NCBI GenBank assembly: GCA_052168235.1
Contig: JBQLZK010000017.1
Location: forward strand, 32,001-96,000
DNA from: Thainema sp.
GTDB lineage: Bacteria > Cyanobacteriota > Cyanobacteriia > Phormidesmidales > Phormidesmidaceae
Direction: 5' to 3'
DNA length: 64,000 nucleotides
The stretch's first letter is position 1, and each line of letters starts with the position of its first letter. Positions 40,535-50,612 of this stretch are shown piece after piece. The notes under the pieces were generated by a model. It was not told the DNA's origin and ran no database searches. It saw only the letters and a program-made list of their open reading frames with translations. The translations under genes and the position numbers were made by a program.

Positions 40535-42934
40535 ATGGACTTATCTCCAATCTTTCAGCTTCAGAAGACATCGCACACTTGGCTTAAATTTATTGTCATC
40601 ACTCTATGTATTACAGCTATCCATTATGTATTAGCGTTGATTTCTCAATCTGTCGCTTTTGAGAATGGAGCATCAGCAATCTGGCCATCTTCTGGTTTTT
40701 ACCTCGCTCTGGTTTGGCTACTAGGTTATAAAGTTGGCGGACCAATCTTAATCAGTGAGCTTATCATTAACAGTCTGGTCTTTTATCAAGATGTGCCGAC
40801 AATTGTCGGCATTTCTCTTATTAGCACCGTCGAACCACTCATCACAGGTATACTTTTAAGCCGCTTTGTTAATCCCCGGCAGCTATTTCAGCGATCGCAT
40901 AACATTCTCAAGTTTTTGATTTTGATTTTGCCAAGTCCAGCCGTCACCACCAGCTTCGCGGTGATTATTCTTTGTTTGACTGGCAAGCTGCCCTGGGAGT
41001 TGTACGGTGCGGTTTGGAAAACCTGGTCAATCAGCGTAATCACAGGTCGGTTAATCATCACCCCTGCGATTTTAGCCTGGTTCAGTCAGACACATTTGCG
41101 ATCTCGAGGTCGCCGTAGCCGATTTGTCTTGGAATTGGGTCTTGTCATTGGGTTGTTGATCGGTATTGGTCGTCTCGCCTTCTGGGTAGGCAATCCGGTC
41201 GAGTATATGATGCTTCCACTGCTGCTATGGGCTAGCTTTCGCTTTAGAGTCACCGAATCTACTCTATTGGTCGTCTTGATATCGGCGCTAGCTACGATGG
41301 CTACTGCCCAAGGGTTAGGGACGTTCACTTGGGGCAGCGTGACTGAATCGTTTTGGCTGTTGCAGTCCTTTATTGGAGTTGCGGCCTTAACCACTTATCT
41401 GCTGATAACAGTCGTGAATGAGAACTGGCAGGCAAGGCTCGAACTCAAACAAACCAATGAAGATTTGGAAGCCAAGGTTGCGGAACGCACTACTGCACTG
41501 CAAATCGCGAAAGAATCAGCTGATGCTGCTAACCAGGCTAAGAGCGAATTCCTCGCAAATATGAGCCATGAGTTACGTACACCGCTTAATGGCATTTTGG
41601 GCTATGCCCAGATTCTCAGTCGTTCGCCTTCTCTAATGGGGAAAGAACGCGACGGTATCAAGATCATCTATCAATGTGGTACTCATTTACTCACTTTAAT
41701 TAATGATGTCCTTGATCTTTCTAAAATTGAGGCGCGTAAGCTGGAACTGCATCCAACAGCTTTACACTTTCCTTCACTGCTACAGAGTGTAGTGGAAATG
41801 TGTCGTATTAAGGCCGAGCAAAAGGGTATTGAGTTTTTCTATCAGCCGAGTTCCCGTTTGCCAAACGGAATAAAAGTTGATGAAAAACGCCTACGCCAAG
41901 TGCTAATCAATTTGCTCGGTAACGCCATCAAATTTACGGATCAAGGCTCTGTCACATTGCGAGTCGATGTCCTTGAGCTATCAGAGACAGAAGCTGTCAT
42001 ACTGTTTCAGGTCATTGACACTGGCGTCGGTATTGCTGAGGCAGATACCAAGAAGCTGTTTCAATCGTTTAAGCAGGCAGGCGATCGGAAGAAGCAATCG
42101 GAAGGAACTGGCTTAGGACTGGCTATCAGTCAGCGTATTGTGCAGTTAATGGGTGGTGAGATTCGGCTTAAGAGCCAGCTAGGAACAGGCAGTGAGTTCT
42201 TCTTTACAGTTTCCGTACTGCTGGTCGAAGATTGGGCTAGACAGCAGATTCCAGTAGAAGAAGGCGCTCTCATTGTTGGATATGAAGGCGATCACCAAAA
42301 GATTTTAGTGATTGACGATCGCTGGGAGAACCGCACTGTTGTGCAAAATTTGCTGGAACCGCTGCAATTCGTCATCATTGAAGCCAAAAATGGTCAAGAA
42401 GGCTTGGAGCAGCTTCGTACTGAGCACCCTAACCTGGTGATTACCGATTTGGCTATGCCAGTGATGGATGGGTACCAGTTTTTGAAAAAGCTTCGCAGCG
42501 ATGAACGGCTGAAATCGACAAAGGTGATTGTTTCTTCTGCATCTGTATCCCACGCAGATCAACAAATGGCTCTTGATGCTGGCGGTGATGCTTTCTTACC
42601 CAAACCAGTTGATGCAGGCACTCTCTTCAAAACGCTAGCTGATCAATTAGGGTTGATTTGGGTCTACGAACAAACGCCCGAGATCACCGTTTCAGAGGAG
42701 ACAGTTGTAACCTTAGCTATTCCTCCACGAAGCACATTGGAGACGCTGCTAGAGTTTGCCAACCACGGCGTCGTTTCAGAAATCCGCAAACATCTCGAAG
42801 AACTTACAGAAGCAGATAAAAAATACGTCCCCTTTGCAGCCCCGATCTTGACGCTAGCTCAGCAATTTCAAGTTGAAGAAATTGAAGAACTGCTCCAGAC
42901 CTATCTCAACGATCAGGAAGTTAGTCATGTTTAA
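40535..42934 (+). CDS. MASE1-domain hybrid sensor histidine kinase
   Basis: N-terminal multi-TM (AIWPSSG); [15 protein letters not shown]-box; GTGLGL; receiver ITDLAMP. Confidence 0.92.
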   Translation: MDLSPIFQLQKTSHTWLKFIVITLCITAIHYVLALISQSVAFENGASAIWPSSGFYLALVWLLGYKVGGPILISELIINSLVFYQDVPTIVGISLISTVEPLITGILLSRFVNPRQLFQRSHNILKFLILILPSPAVTTSFAVIILCLTGKLPWELYGAVWKTWSISVITGRLIITPAILAWFSQTHLRSRGRRSRFVLELGLVIGLLIGIGRLAFWVGNPVEYMMLPLLLWASFRFRVTESTLLVVLISALATMATAQGLGTFTWGSVTESFWLLQSFIGVAALTTYLLITVVNENWQARLELKQTNEDLEAKVAERTTALQIAKESADAANQAKSEFLANMSHELRTPLNGILGYAQILSRSPSLMGKERDGIKIIYQCGTHLLTLINDVLDLSKIEARKLELHPTALHFPSLLQSVVEMCRIKAEQKGIEFFYQPSSRLPNGIKVDEKRLRQVLINLLGNAIKFTDQGSVTLRVDVLELSETEAVILFQVIDTGVGIAEADTKKLFQSFKQAGDRKKQSEGTGLGLAISQRIVQLMGGEIRLKSQLGTGSEFFFTVSVLLVEDWARQQIPVEEGALIVGYEGDHQKILVIDDRWENRTVVQNLLEPLQFVIIEAKNGQEGLEQLRTEHPNLVITDLAMPVMDGYQFLKKLRSDERLKSTKVIVSSASVSHADQQMALDAGGDAFLPKPVDAGTLFKTLADQLGLIWVYEQTPEITVSEETVVTLAIPPRSTLETLLEFANHGVVSEIRKHLEELTEADKKYVPFAAPILTLAQQFQVEEIEELLQTYLNDQEVSHV

Positions 42935-44243
42935 CAAGCATCCAGTTTCAGCTAAACATACGGTCTTAGTTGTTGATGACACACCAGCCAACCTAGAAGT
43001 TTTAAGCGAAGCGCTCGTGTCTCAGGGCTACATTGTATCTACAGCCATTGATGGGGAACGAGCAATCAAACGATTGCATAATCATCGTCCTGATCTAATT
43101 CTGCTAGATATTCAAATGCCTAAAATGGATGGATTTGAAACCTGCCAGCAAATCAAAGCTAATCCCGACTGGGCTTCCATTCCCATCATCTTTATCACTG
43201 CACTGAATGATGCGGAAAGCATCGTCAAAGGATTTTCTCTGGGAGCGGTTGACTATATCAATAAACCTTTTCGAGAACCAGAGCTGTTGGCACGTGTCAA
43301 AACTCATCTGCAACTGCAGCAGATGACTCAGCATTTGGAGCAACAGGTTGTAGAACGGACTAAGGCGTTAGAGGCAACCATGAATCAGCTGAAGACATCT
43401 CAGCTGCAAACAGTAAAAAATGAAAAGATGGCAACTTTGGGCAGTCTAGTTGCTGGAATTGCTCATGAAATCAACAATCCAATTGGCTTTTTGAGCGGTA
43501 GTATCAACAATGCCAAAGACTATGTGCAAGATTTATTTGAATACCTAGAGATCTATCAGCAACAGCATCCGCCTAATGAGCAAGTCACTGAAGTAGCCAA
43601 AGAAGTTGACCTAGAATTTCTACTGGAAGACTTGCCCAAATTGATTAATTCCATGCAAGGAGCGACTGAGCGCATCCAGGGTATTAGTACTAGCCTTCGC
43701 ACTTTCTCTCGTGCTGATACAGAACATAAAGTTAGCGCCAACCTACATGAAGGACTTGATAGCACACTATTAATCCTCAAATATCGTCTTAAAGCCAATG
43801 AGCAACGTCCAGCAATTGAGGTGATCCGAAACTATGGTGATCTACCTGAAATTGAGTGCTTTCCCGGTCAGCTTAACCAGGTGTTTATGAACATTCTGGC
43901 TAATGCCATTGACATGTTTGACGACATGGCCCAGCAAACCACTTTTGAGGATCTCAAAAGCAATCCTCAAAAGATTTCTATTTGGACTAGTTTTATGTCT
44001 AATGAAAATACGGTTGAAATTAAAATATCAGACAATGGTAGAGGCATGAGTGAAGCAGTAAGGCATAGAATTTTTGATTATTTATTTACAACAAAAGGAG
44101 TAGGTGAAGGGACTGGCTTGGGGTTAGCAATTGCCCGCCAAATTGTACTAGAAAAGCATTGCGGTGGCTTAGAGGTGCAATCTGAGTTGGGTCAAGGCAC
44201 CAAGTTTTATATTCGCTTACCTGCATGTATTGAGTCGGATTAA
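42927..44243 (+). CDS. Receiver-histidine kinase hybrid
   Basis: N-terminal receiver (VVDD, LLDIQMP); AGIAHEINNP H-box; FTTK..GEGTGLGL. Confidence 0.92.
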   Translation: MFNKHPVSAKHTVLVVDDTPANLEVLSEALVSQGYIVSTAIDGERAIKRLHNHRPDLILLDIQMPKMDGFETCQQIKANPDWASIPIIFITALNDAESIVKGFSLGAVDYINKPFREPELLARVKTHLQLQQMTQHLEQQVVERTKALEATMNQLKTSQLQTVKNEKMATLGSLVAGIAHEINNPIGFLSGSINNAKDYVQDLFEYLEIYQQQHPPNEQVTEVAKEVDLEFLLEDLPKLINSMQGATERIQGISTSLRTFSRADTEHKVSANLHEGLDSTLLILKYRLKANEQRPAIEVIRNYGDLPEIECFPGQLNQVFMNILANAIDMFDDMAQQTTFEDLKSNPQKISIWTSFMSNENTVEIKISDNGRGMSEAVRHRIFDYLFTTKGVGEGTGLGLAIARQIVLEKHCGGLEVQSELGQGTKFYIRLPACIESD

Positions 44244-44428
44244 AAGTGAACAGGATTAAAAGTTATAAAGGTCGTAACTTAGCTGCAACTTAGATTATTT
44301 TAGTTCTTCTATATTGATTCAACGAACGATCGCCAGTACAAATCCTTAAGTAGTGATGTTCAGGCAATGATTCTAGTCTATAGAAACGATTATTAATATG
44401 AACCCAGCATTCTTACCTTCTGAGAATT

Positions 44429-44502
44429 CCTAAACCTAATCTCTAAAAATCTTAAACGAATGTCTATGCAAACTTAAACTGCTGTGCAGACAATCTTAAA
44501 CT
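44429..44502 (+). promoter_or_regulatory. Candidate Pho box array upstream of phnC
   Basis: CCTAAAC (44429) and CTTAAAC (44451, 44473, 44495) at an exact 22-bp period. Confidence 0.6.
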
Positions 44503-44542
44503 GCCTCCCTGAAAATAATCATGGCTCGTCGTGAGTCGCTTT

Positions 44543-44559
44543 TGTCTAGACATCTACAC
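44543..44559. promoter_or_regulatory. Candidate PhnF operator 2
   Basis: TGTCTAGACATCTACAC, near-identical to 39542-39558. Confidence 0.7.
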
Positions 44560-44623
44560 CTAGCTGTTTGGCGAAGTGCTCATTGGTTGTCAGCCAGTAC
44601 TGTAATTGGGCAGATAAGAAGCC

Positions 44624-45466
44624 ATGCAACCAGCTACAAAGAGTACTTTGGAGGCATCCTTTGCCGCCCCCGCTGTTAGCGTTCAGCGACTATCCAAGTT
44701 TTTTAGAGGACAACCTGCACTCCAAGATGTCAGCCTGCGGGTTGATACGGGTGAAATGGTGGCACTGGTAGGGGCTTCTGGCTCCGGCAAGTCCACGCTG
44801 CTGCGGAATCTGAACGCCTTGCAGCAGGCGGAGCAGGGCACTGTCGAAATCTTCGGTAGCCCACTGCAAATTGACGGCAAGTTACACTCCAAAGCTCGTC
44901 ATCTCCGCAGCCAGATGGGGTTCATTTTTCAGCAGTTCAATCTGGTCAATCGTCTGACCGTGCTGGAAAACGTGCTGATTGGCAACCTGTCTCAAGTTTC
45001 GATGATGCGATCGCTAATTCGCGGCTTCAGCAAATCGGAAAAACTGCGTGCCTTATCTGCTCTCGAACGAGTTGGTATTCTCAACCAAGCCTACAAGCGA
45101 GCTTCGGCACTCTCTGGGGGACAACAGCAGCGAGTTGCGATCGCACGTTGTCTGATGCAGGGAGCCAAAATCATCCTGGCTGATGAGCCGATTGCTTCTC
45201 TTGACCCAGAATCCGCCCGCAAGGTGATGGAGCTGTTAACCCATTTGAATCAGGAACAGGGCATCACCATCATTACCTCACTGCATCAGGTGCAGATGGT
45301 ACGCCGCTACTTTGAACGTGCGATCGCACTGCGCGATGGTACCGTTCGCTTTGACGGTCACATTGACGACCTCGATAACCAGCAGCTCAACCACATCTAC
45401 GGCGCAGCAGCCGAAGAACTCGTCCTGAGCGGACATGCCGAAATCTTTTCAGCCTCGCAGGTCTAA
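44624..45466 (+). CDS. phnC: Phosphonate ABC transporter ATPase
   Basis: GASGSGKS, FQQFNLVNRLTVLENVLIG and ADEPIASLDPESA motifs. Confidence 0.93.
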   Translation: MQPATKSTLEASFAAPAVSVQRLSKFFRGQPALQDVSLRVDTGEMVALVGASGSGKSTLLRNLNALQQAEQGTVEIFGSPLQIDGKLHSKARHLRSQMGFIFQQFNLVNRLTVLENVLIGNLSQVSMMRSLIRGFSKSEKLRALSALERVGILNQAYKRASALSGGQQQRVAIARCLMQGAKIILADEPIASLDPESARKVMELLTHLNQEQGITIITSLHQVQMVRRYFERAIALRDGTVRFDGHIDDLDNQQLNHIYGAAAEELVLSGHAEIFSASQV

Positions 45467-45619
45467 TCCATAAGGAGTAATAGTTCCGTGGATTAGCGTG
45501 ACGGATATAAATACAAGTTTTGAGTTTCGAGTTAACTCAAAACTCAAAACTCGAAATTAAAAACCAGCTTCCCTATCTCTCAATCTTCCTAATAGCCCTA
45601 ACTACCCAAGGATCATGCC

Positions 45620-46675
45620 ATGATGACAACTGCTTTGACCAAATGGTCTGCTCGTTTTCTCTTAGTCCTAGCAGGTTCGGCCCTGATTGCTAGCTGTAGC
45701 AGTACTCCTGAACAGGATGGTGCCACGGCAACTGGCGATGCTGCCGATGCATCCGGTGAAGCTTGTGCGCCAGAGCTAGCTGAAATCGATTTTGGTATTA
45801 TTTCGACTGAATCCCAGGACAATCTCAAAACTCAGTGGGAGCCGTTCCTAGACGCAATGGAAGCTGAGATCGGTCGTCCGATCAACGGCTTCTATGCCAC
45901 TGACTACGCGGGTGTGATTGAAGCAATGGGTGCTGGCAAAATTCAGCTTGCTTGGTATGGCGGGAAGTCTTACATCGAAGCCGCAGATCGCTCGGATGCC
46001 GAGGCGTTTGCTCAAACCGTTAATTCAGATGGCACTAAGGGTTACTACTCCCATTTAATTACCAACAAAAACAATCCAATCCTGGAAAATATCGACGTTG
46101 AAGCTGGCAACGGCGACAAATACGTGATTGATAACACAGACAGCTTGACCTTTGCTTTCAACGATCCCAACTCCACCTCTGGCTTCTTGGTGCCCAGCTT
46201 CTATGTGTTTGCCAAAAATGGTATCAATCCCAATGAAGCATTTTCAGAGCTACTGTTTGCTGGAAGTCACGAGGCAACCGCCCAAGCCGTTGCCAATAAT
46301 CAGGTTGACGTGGCTACCAACAACAGCGAAAACCTGCTGAAGATTGAGCAGGGCGACCCCGAAGCTTTCGAGAATATTCAGATCATCTGGACATCACCTG
46401 TTATTCCCAGTGATCCAGTGGCGTATCGGAAGGATTTACCGGATTGCTTGAAAGATCAGGTCAAGAACTTCTTCTATAACTACAAAGATGCGGCTGTGCT
46501 GGAACCGCTGGGCTGGCAAGGCTTTGATCCTGCTACCGACACGGATTGGAATACTATTCGTGAGCTGGATATCGGCCAAAAAATGATGGAGGTGCAAAAC
46601 GATGCCAACCTTAGCCCAGAAGCAAAGCAGTCTCAGCTTGATGAACTCAACAAACAGCTAGACGCGTTGCAGTAA
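45620..46675 (+). CDS. phnD: Phosphonate ABC transporter substrate-binding lipoprotein
   Basis: Lipobox IASC; FGIISTES, DYAGVIEAM, NSTSGFLVP and GSHE motifs. Confidence 0.93.
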   Translation: MMTTALTKWSARFLLVLAGSALIASCSSTPEQDGATATGDAADASGEACAPELAEIDFGIISTESQDNLKTQWEPFLDAMEAEIGRPINGFYATDYAGVIEAMGAGKIQLAWYGGKSYIEAADRSDAEAFAQTVNSDGTKGYYSHLITNKNNPILENIDVEAGNGDKYVIDNTDSLTFAFNDPNSTSGFLVPSFYVFAKNGINPNEAFSELLFAGSHEATAQAVANNQVDVATNNSENLLKIEQGDPEAFENIQIIWTSPVIPSDPVAYRKDLPDCLKDQVKNFFYNYKDAAVLEPLGWQGFDPATDTDWNTIRELDIGQKMMEVQNDANLSPEAKQSQLDELNKQLDALQ

Positions 46676-46743
46676 GTCTCTAATTTAGTTCCCCAAATTG
46701 TTGATGCTTAGGGACGCGAACTTAATCAGGTGAAATTTTTGGG

Positions 46744-46772
46744 GTAGGGACACGGCATTGCCGTGTCCCTAC
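46744..46772. repeat. GTAG-type REP palindrome between phnD and phnE
   Basis: gtagggacacggca-t-tgccgtgtccctac. Confidence 0.7.
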
Positions 46773-46890
46773 GGATAGGACGATTGACAGGCTATTTGAT
46801 TTGCATTCCTTCGGTTTTTAAACCGGGTTTCGTATGAGTAGATGTTAATGCTGAAAGTGCGATCGCAGTTTTTCTATTGCAGTTTTTCCT

Positions 46891-47727
46891 ATGACTAAAT
46901 CTCCCATGTCTGCCCCGTCCCAGGAACTGGTGGCCACTCCTGCCGCCCGTAACATGCTGGCGCAGGCGCGCCCCATAATTACGCCGCTGCGAATTGGATA
47001 TTTGATAGTTGCGATCGCAGTTTTGATTTATGCGGGCCGATTGAGCGACCTGAGCTTTGTGGAGCTAGTTCAAGGCAGCGGCACAATGGCGGAGTATGTG
47101 ACCAAGTACTTTCCGCCCGACTTTACCAACTGGCGATCCTATCTGCAGGATACGTTGGAAACAGTGGCGATGGGCATTTGGGGAACGCTGCTGTCGGCGA
47201 TTTTAGCGATTCCGCTGTCGGTGCTAGCGTCGAGTAATATCTGCCCCAACTGGATTGTATTCCCGGTGCGGCGAGTGTTAGATGCCATGCGAGCGATTAA
47301 CGAAGTCGTGTTTGCGCTGATCTTCGTTGTGGCCGTAGGTTTAGGCCCCTTTGCTGGTGTACTCGCGCTGTTTGTTCACACAGCCGGTATCCTGGCCAAG
47401 CTGTTCTCGGAAGCAATTGAAGCGATTGAAGTTGGCCCAGTGGAAGGCATTCGAGCCACGGGAGCCAGCAAACTTCAGGAAATCCTATTTGGTGTGATTC
47501 CCCAGGTGGTGCCGTTGTGGACTTCGTTTACCTTGTATCGGTTTGAGTCCAACGTGCGCTCGGCTGCCGTGTTGGGGATTGTCGGCGCAGGCGGCATTGG
47601 TGTTTCCCTGTATCAAAGCTTCCGCGCATTTGAGTATCAGCAAGTCTGCGCCATCATGATTATTTTAATTGTGACGGTGGCCATCATCGATACGGTGTCC
47701 GCCAAACTACGGCAGCGACTGGTCTAG
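46891..47727 (+). CDS. phnE: Phosphonate ABC transporter permease
   Basis: AKLFSEAIE...GPVEGIRATGA and LYRFESNVRSA.VLGIVGAGGIG motifs. Confidence 0.93.
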   Translation: MTKSPMSAPSQELVATPAARNMLAQARPIITPLRIGYLIVAIAVLIYAGRLSDLSFVELVQGSGTMAEYVTKYFPPDFTNWRSYLQDTLETVAMGIWGTLLSAILAIPLSVLASSNICPNWIVFPVRRVLDAMRAINEVVFALIFVVAVGLGPFAGVLALFVHTAGILAKLFSEAIEAIEVGPVEGIRATGASKLQEILFGVIPQVVPLWTSFTLYRFESNVRSAAVLGIVGAGGIGVSLYQSFRAFEYQQVCAIMIILIVTVAIIDTVSAKLRQRLV

Positions 47728-47761
47728 AGTAAGTCAATTTTTGGAGAGACTTGGAGAGACA

Positions 47762-48670
47762 ATGAAACGACGCAATTTTTTAGCCTATTCGGCTCTATTT
47801 CTAGCAGGTTGTACAGCTTCCACCACGCAATCTCAGAATAATTCTGGTGATAGTTCCACAGCCCGCCCGCCTGAAACGTTGCGCTTAGCGGTAACCGACG
47901 TGCAGGGTTTAGAAGAGCTACAGCGGGACTATGGCGCATTCCGAGACGAATTAGAAGCCACGCTGGGACGTGCAGTTGAATTCTTCCCGGTGGCCGACCG
48001 AGCAGCAGCGGCAGTAGCGCTTCAGTCCGACCAAGTGGATGTCGTCTTTACCGGGCCAGCGGAATACGTGGTGATTAATGCCAAAACTCAGGCTATCCCT
48101 TTCTTGGCGATTACTCGGCCCAACTACTTTTCTGCGATCGCAGTTCGAGCCGATAGTGGTATCACTAGCGCTGAGCAGCTTAAGGGGCAGAAGCTATCCA
48201 TGTCTGATATTGGTTCCACGAGCGGTCACTTAGGCCCTTCAAAAATTCTGGTCGATCAGGGTTTAGACCCACAGGCCGATTTGGAAGTCCTAATGCTGGG
48301 TGATGCCGAACTACAGGCGCTGAAGAACGGGGATGTCGTTGCTTGGGGCGGCTCCTACATTGACTATGAGCGCTTCCTGGAAGCAGAAGGAGCAGAGGAA
48401 TCTGACTATCCCATTCTGTTCCGGGGTGAAATGCTGCCCAGTGATGTGATGGTGGCCAGTAAATCGCTTGATCCGGCACTGGTAGAGGAAATGCGAGACA
48501 AGATGCTGGCGAATCAGGATGCCTTGATTGCCGCCATCACGTCCGTGGATGCCAATGAAAAGTTTGTTGGCTCAGAGCTAGTCTCCGTTGACGATAGTGA
48601 TTATGATCCGGTGCGCGAGGCGTATAAAGCCATTGGCGTAGACGAGTTTACCGAATTTGTCGGCAACTAA
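47762..48670 (+). CDS. Second PhnD-family substrate-binding lipoprotein
   Basis: MKRRNFL...LAGC lipoprotein signal; GSTSGHLGP phosphate/phosphonate-binding motif. Confidence 0.85.
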   Translation: MKRRNFLAYSALFLAGCTASTTQSQNNSGDSSTARPPETLRLAVTDVQGLEELQRDYGAFRDELEATLGRAVEFFPVADRAAAAVALQSDQVDVVFTGPAEYVVINAKTQAIPFLAITRPNYFSAIAVRADSGITSAEQLKGQKLSMSDIGSTSGHLGPSKILVDQGLDPQADLEVLMLGDAELQALKNGDVVAWGGSYIDYERFLEAEGAEESDYPILFRGEMLPSDVMVASKSLDPALVEEMRDKMLANQDALIAAITSVDANEKFVGSELVSVDDSDYDPVREAYKAIGVDEFTEFVGN

Positions 48671-48694
48671 CATGTTCTTTCTCTGGCCCATATT

Positions 48695-49477
48695 ATGCTT
48701 TCTCTCCAGGTTAATCAGCTCGTTAAAGTCTATCCCAATCAAACCTTGGCTCTAAATCAGGTCAGCTTTGCGGCTGCACCAGGCGAAAGCATTGTGATTC
48801 TGGGTGCCAACGGGTCAGGCAAGTCTACGCTGTTGCGCTGTTTAGTGGGACTGGAGAAAGCCACATCTGGACAAATCTTGCTGGGTGATTGGGACGTGAC
48901 GGCGTTACGCAATGCTCAGTTGCGGCCAGTGCGGCGGCGAGTGGGCATGGTGTTTCAGCGCTTTAACCTGGTGAAGAACCTCAGCGCGTTTCACAATGTG
49001 CTACAGGGTGCTCTGGGCCGTAGCCGTGGCCCCTGGTATTGGTTCCCCGCCACTGCCCCCGAATATGAGCGACAACGAGCAATGGATTGCTTGGCTCAAG
49101 TTAACCTAGCAGACCTAGCCACCCAGCGCGTTGATACCTTATCTGGCGGACAACAACAGCGAGTTGCGATCGCACGTATGCTGATGCAAAATCCCGACAT
49201 TGTGCTGGTCGATGAACCCGTCGCTAGCCTTGATCCCAAAGCCGGACGAGAGGTTATGGATCTGCTCTGGACAATTGTCCGAGAACGCGGATTAACCGTC
49301 GTTTGCACCTTGCACCAGCTCGATTTAGCTGTGGAATATGCAGATCGAATTATCGGTTTATCTTCCGGCCAAATCGTCCTCGATCAACCCGCAACCACCC
49401 TCAACCCCGACACCCTCGACTGGCTTTATCACACAACCACAACCGACCCCCTCTATTCTGAAATAGCCTCCTACTAA
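48695..49477 (+). CDS. Second PhnC-family ABC ATPase
   Basis: GANGSGKS, LSGGQQQRVAIAR and DEPVASLDP motifs. Confidence 0.88.
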   Translation: MLSLQVNQLVKVYPNQTLALNQVSFAAAPGESIVILGANGSGKSTLLRCLVGLEKATSGQILLGDWDVTALRNAQLRPVRRRVGMVFQRFNLVKNLSAFHNVLQGALGRSRGPWYWFPATAPEYERQRAMDCLAQVNLADLATQRVDTLSGGQQQRVAIARMLMQNPDIVLVDEPVASLDPKAGREVMDLLWTIVRERGLTVVCTLHQLDLAVEYADRIIGLSSGQIVLDQPATTLNPDTLDWLYHTTTTDPLYSEIASY

Positions 49478-49570
49478 CCCAAAGCCATTTAACCAATCTA
49501 GTTGCGACCAACCATTGACCTAACCACGCCTCACCTCTTACTCCCTCACTCCTCACTCTCTTACTTATCC

Positions 49571-50371
49571 ATGCCTACCCCCTCCTACTCCTACCAACCT
49601 CCTGTCCGCTGGCAGCGCCCTTCTCCATTACTGTTTATCTTAGGGCTGATTCTACTTGGGGTATTTCTGCATGGAGTGTCGATTAGTGGGTTAACCCCAG
49701 AACGGATGGCTAGAGGGGTGTTTCGCCTCGCTGAATTCCTCAACGATGCCTTTCCGCCGGATGTTTCCCGTTTACCCAACATTCTCAAAGCAACCCTGGA
49801 AACCTTTGAGATGGCACTGGTTGGCACAGTTTTCGGCGCATTGCTGAGTCTACCTCTTGCCCTGTTAGCCGCTAAAAACATGACGCCTCATCCAGTCATC
49901 TATGTCGCAACGCGCACGCTGATTGGCCTGCTGCGAGCCATTCCTGACCTAATCTGGGGTTTGATTTTTATTGTGGTTGTAGGTTTAGGGCCGGGGCCAG
50001 GTGTTTTGGCCATTACCGTTGATGTAATGGGTTTCTGCGGACGGTTTTTTGCTGAGCGAGTCGAGGAAATCGAACCTGGTACGGTCGAAGCATTGAGGGC
50101 ACTTGGCGCATCACCAGCAGGTGTTGTTGTGGGTGCAATTTTGCCGGAAACACTGGCGTCATTTGTGGCATCAACGCTGTTTTCCTTAGAATCTTCGGTG
50201 CGTTCTGCGGTGGTCTTAGGACTGGTAGGTGCAGGCGGCATTGGTGTTGAACTGGCAACCTCAATGCAGCTTCTGCGCTACGATGAAGCGCTGACCATCA
50301 TTTTAGTGATCTTCTTAGTCGTTATTATGGTTGAACAGATTTCGTCGGCCATTCGTAAACGCCTGATTTAA
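49571..50371 (+). CDS. Second PhnE-family permease
   Basis: RFFAE.VEE..PG.VEAL.ALGA and RSAVVLGLVGAGGIG motifs. Confidence 0.88.
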   Translation: MPTPSYSYQPPVRWQRPSPLLFILGLILLGVFLHGVSISGLTPERMARGVFRLAEFLNDAFPPDVSRLPNILKATLETFEMALVGTVFGALLSLPLALLAAKNMTPHPVIYVATRTLIGLLRAIPDLIWGLIFIVVVGLGPGPGVLAITVDVMGFCGRFFAERVEEIEPGTVEALRALGASPAGVVVGAILPETLASFVASTLFSLESSVRSAVVLGLVGAGGIGVELATSMQLLRYDEALTIILVIFLVVIMVEQISSAIRKRLI

Positions 50372-50380
50372 TGCTTGATT

Positions 50381-50486
50381 TATATCAAGTCTGCGCGTAA
50401 GAACCCGATTTATTTTTTGTGAAACGTTTGCGAAGCAAACGTTTCACAAAAAATAAATGATGGGTCTTCAACAAGAATTCATATTA
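50381..50486. mobile_element. MITE-like element with a 24-bp perfect hairpin (GAA loop)
   Basis: Hairpin 50408-50458; degenerate ends; right part taaatgatgggtcttc recurs at about 61680. Confidence 0.5.
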
Positions 50487-50487
50487 A

Positions 50488-50577
50488 TAGACTTTATTGG
50501 AAATAAGGTTTTTGGGGTCGGAAATTGTTTTGTAGCGCGGCGGAGCCGCGCTACAAAACAATTTCCGATAAAGTCTA
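50488..50577. mobile_element. MITE-like element with 17-bp TIRs
   Basis: tagactttattggaaat / rc tagactttatcggaaat (16/17); internal 24-bp perfect hairpin 50518-50568 with GGA loop. Confidence 0.7.
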
Positions 50578-50612
50578 ATGCTTAATTTAAGGGCAAAATC
50601 AGTTAATTCAAT

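Noticed and set aside
45516..45565. Inverted heptamer repeats (ttttgag/ctcaaaa) between phnC and phnD
   Set aside because: Resembles ordinary cyanobacterial STRR-type filler; nothing specific to add
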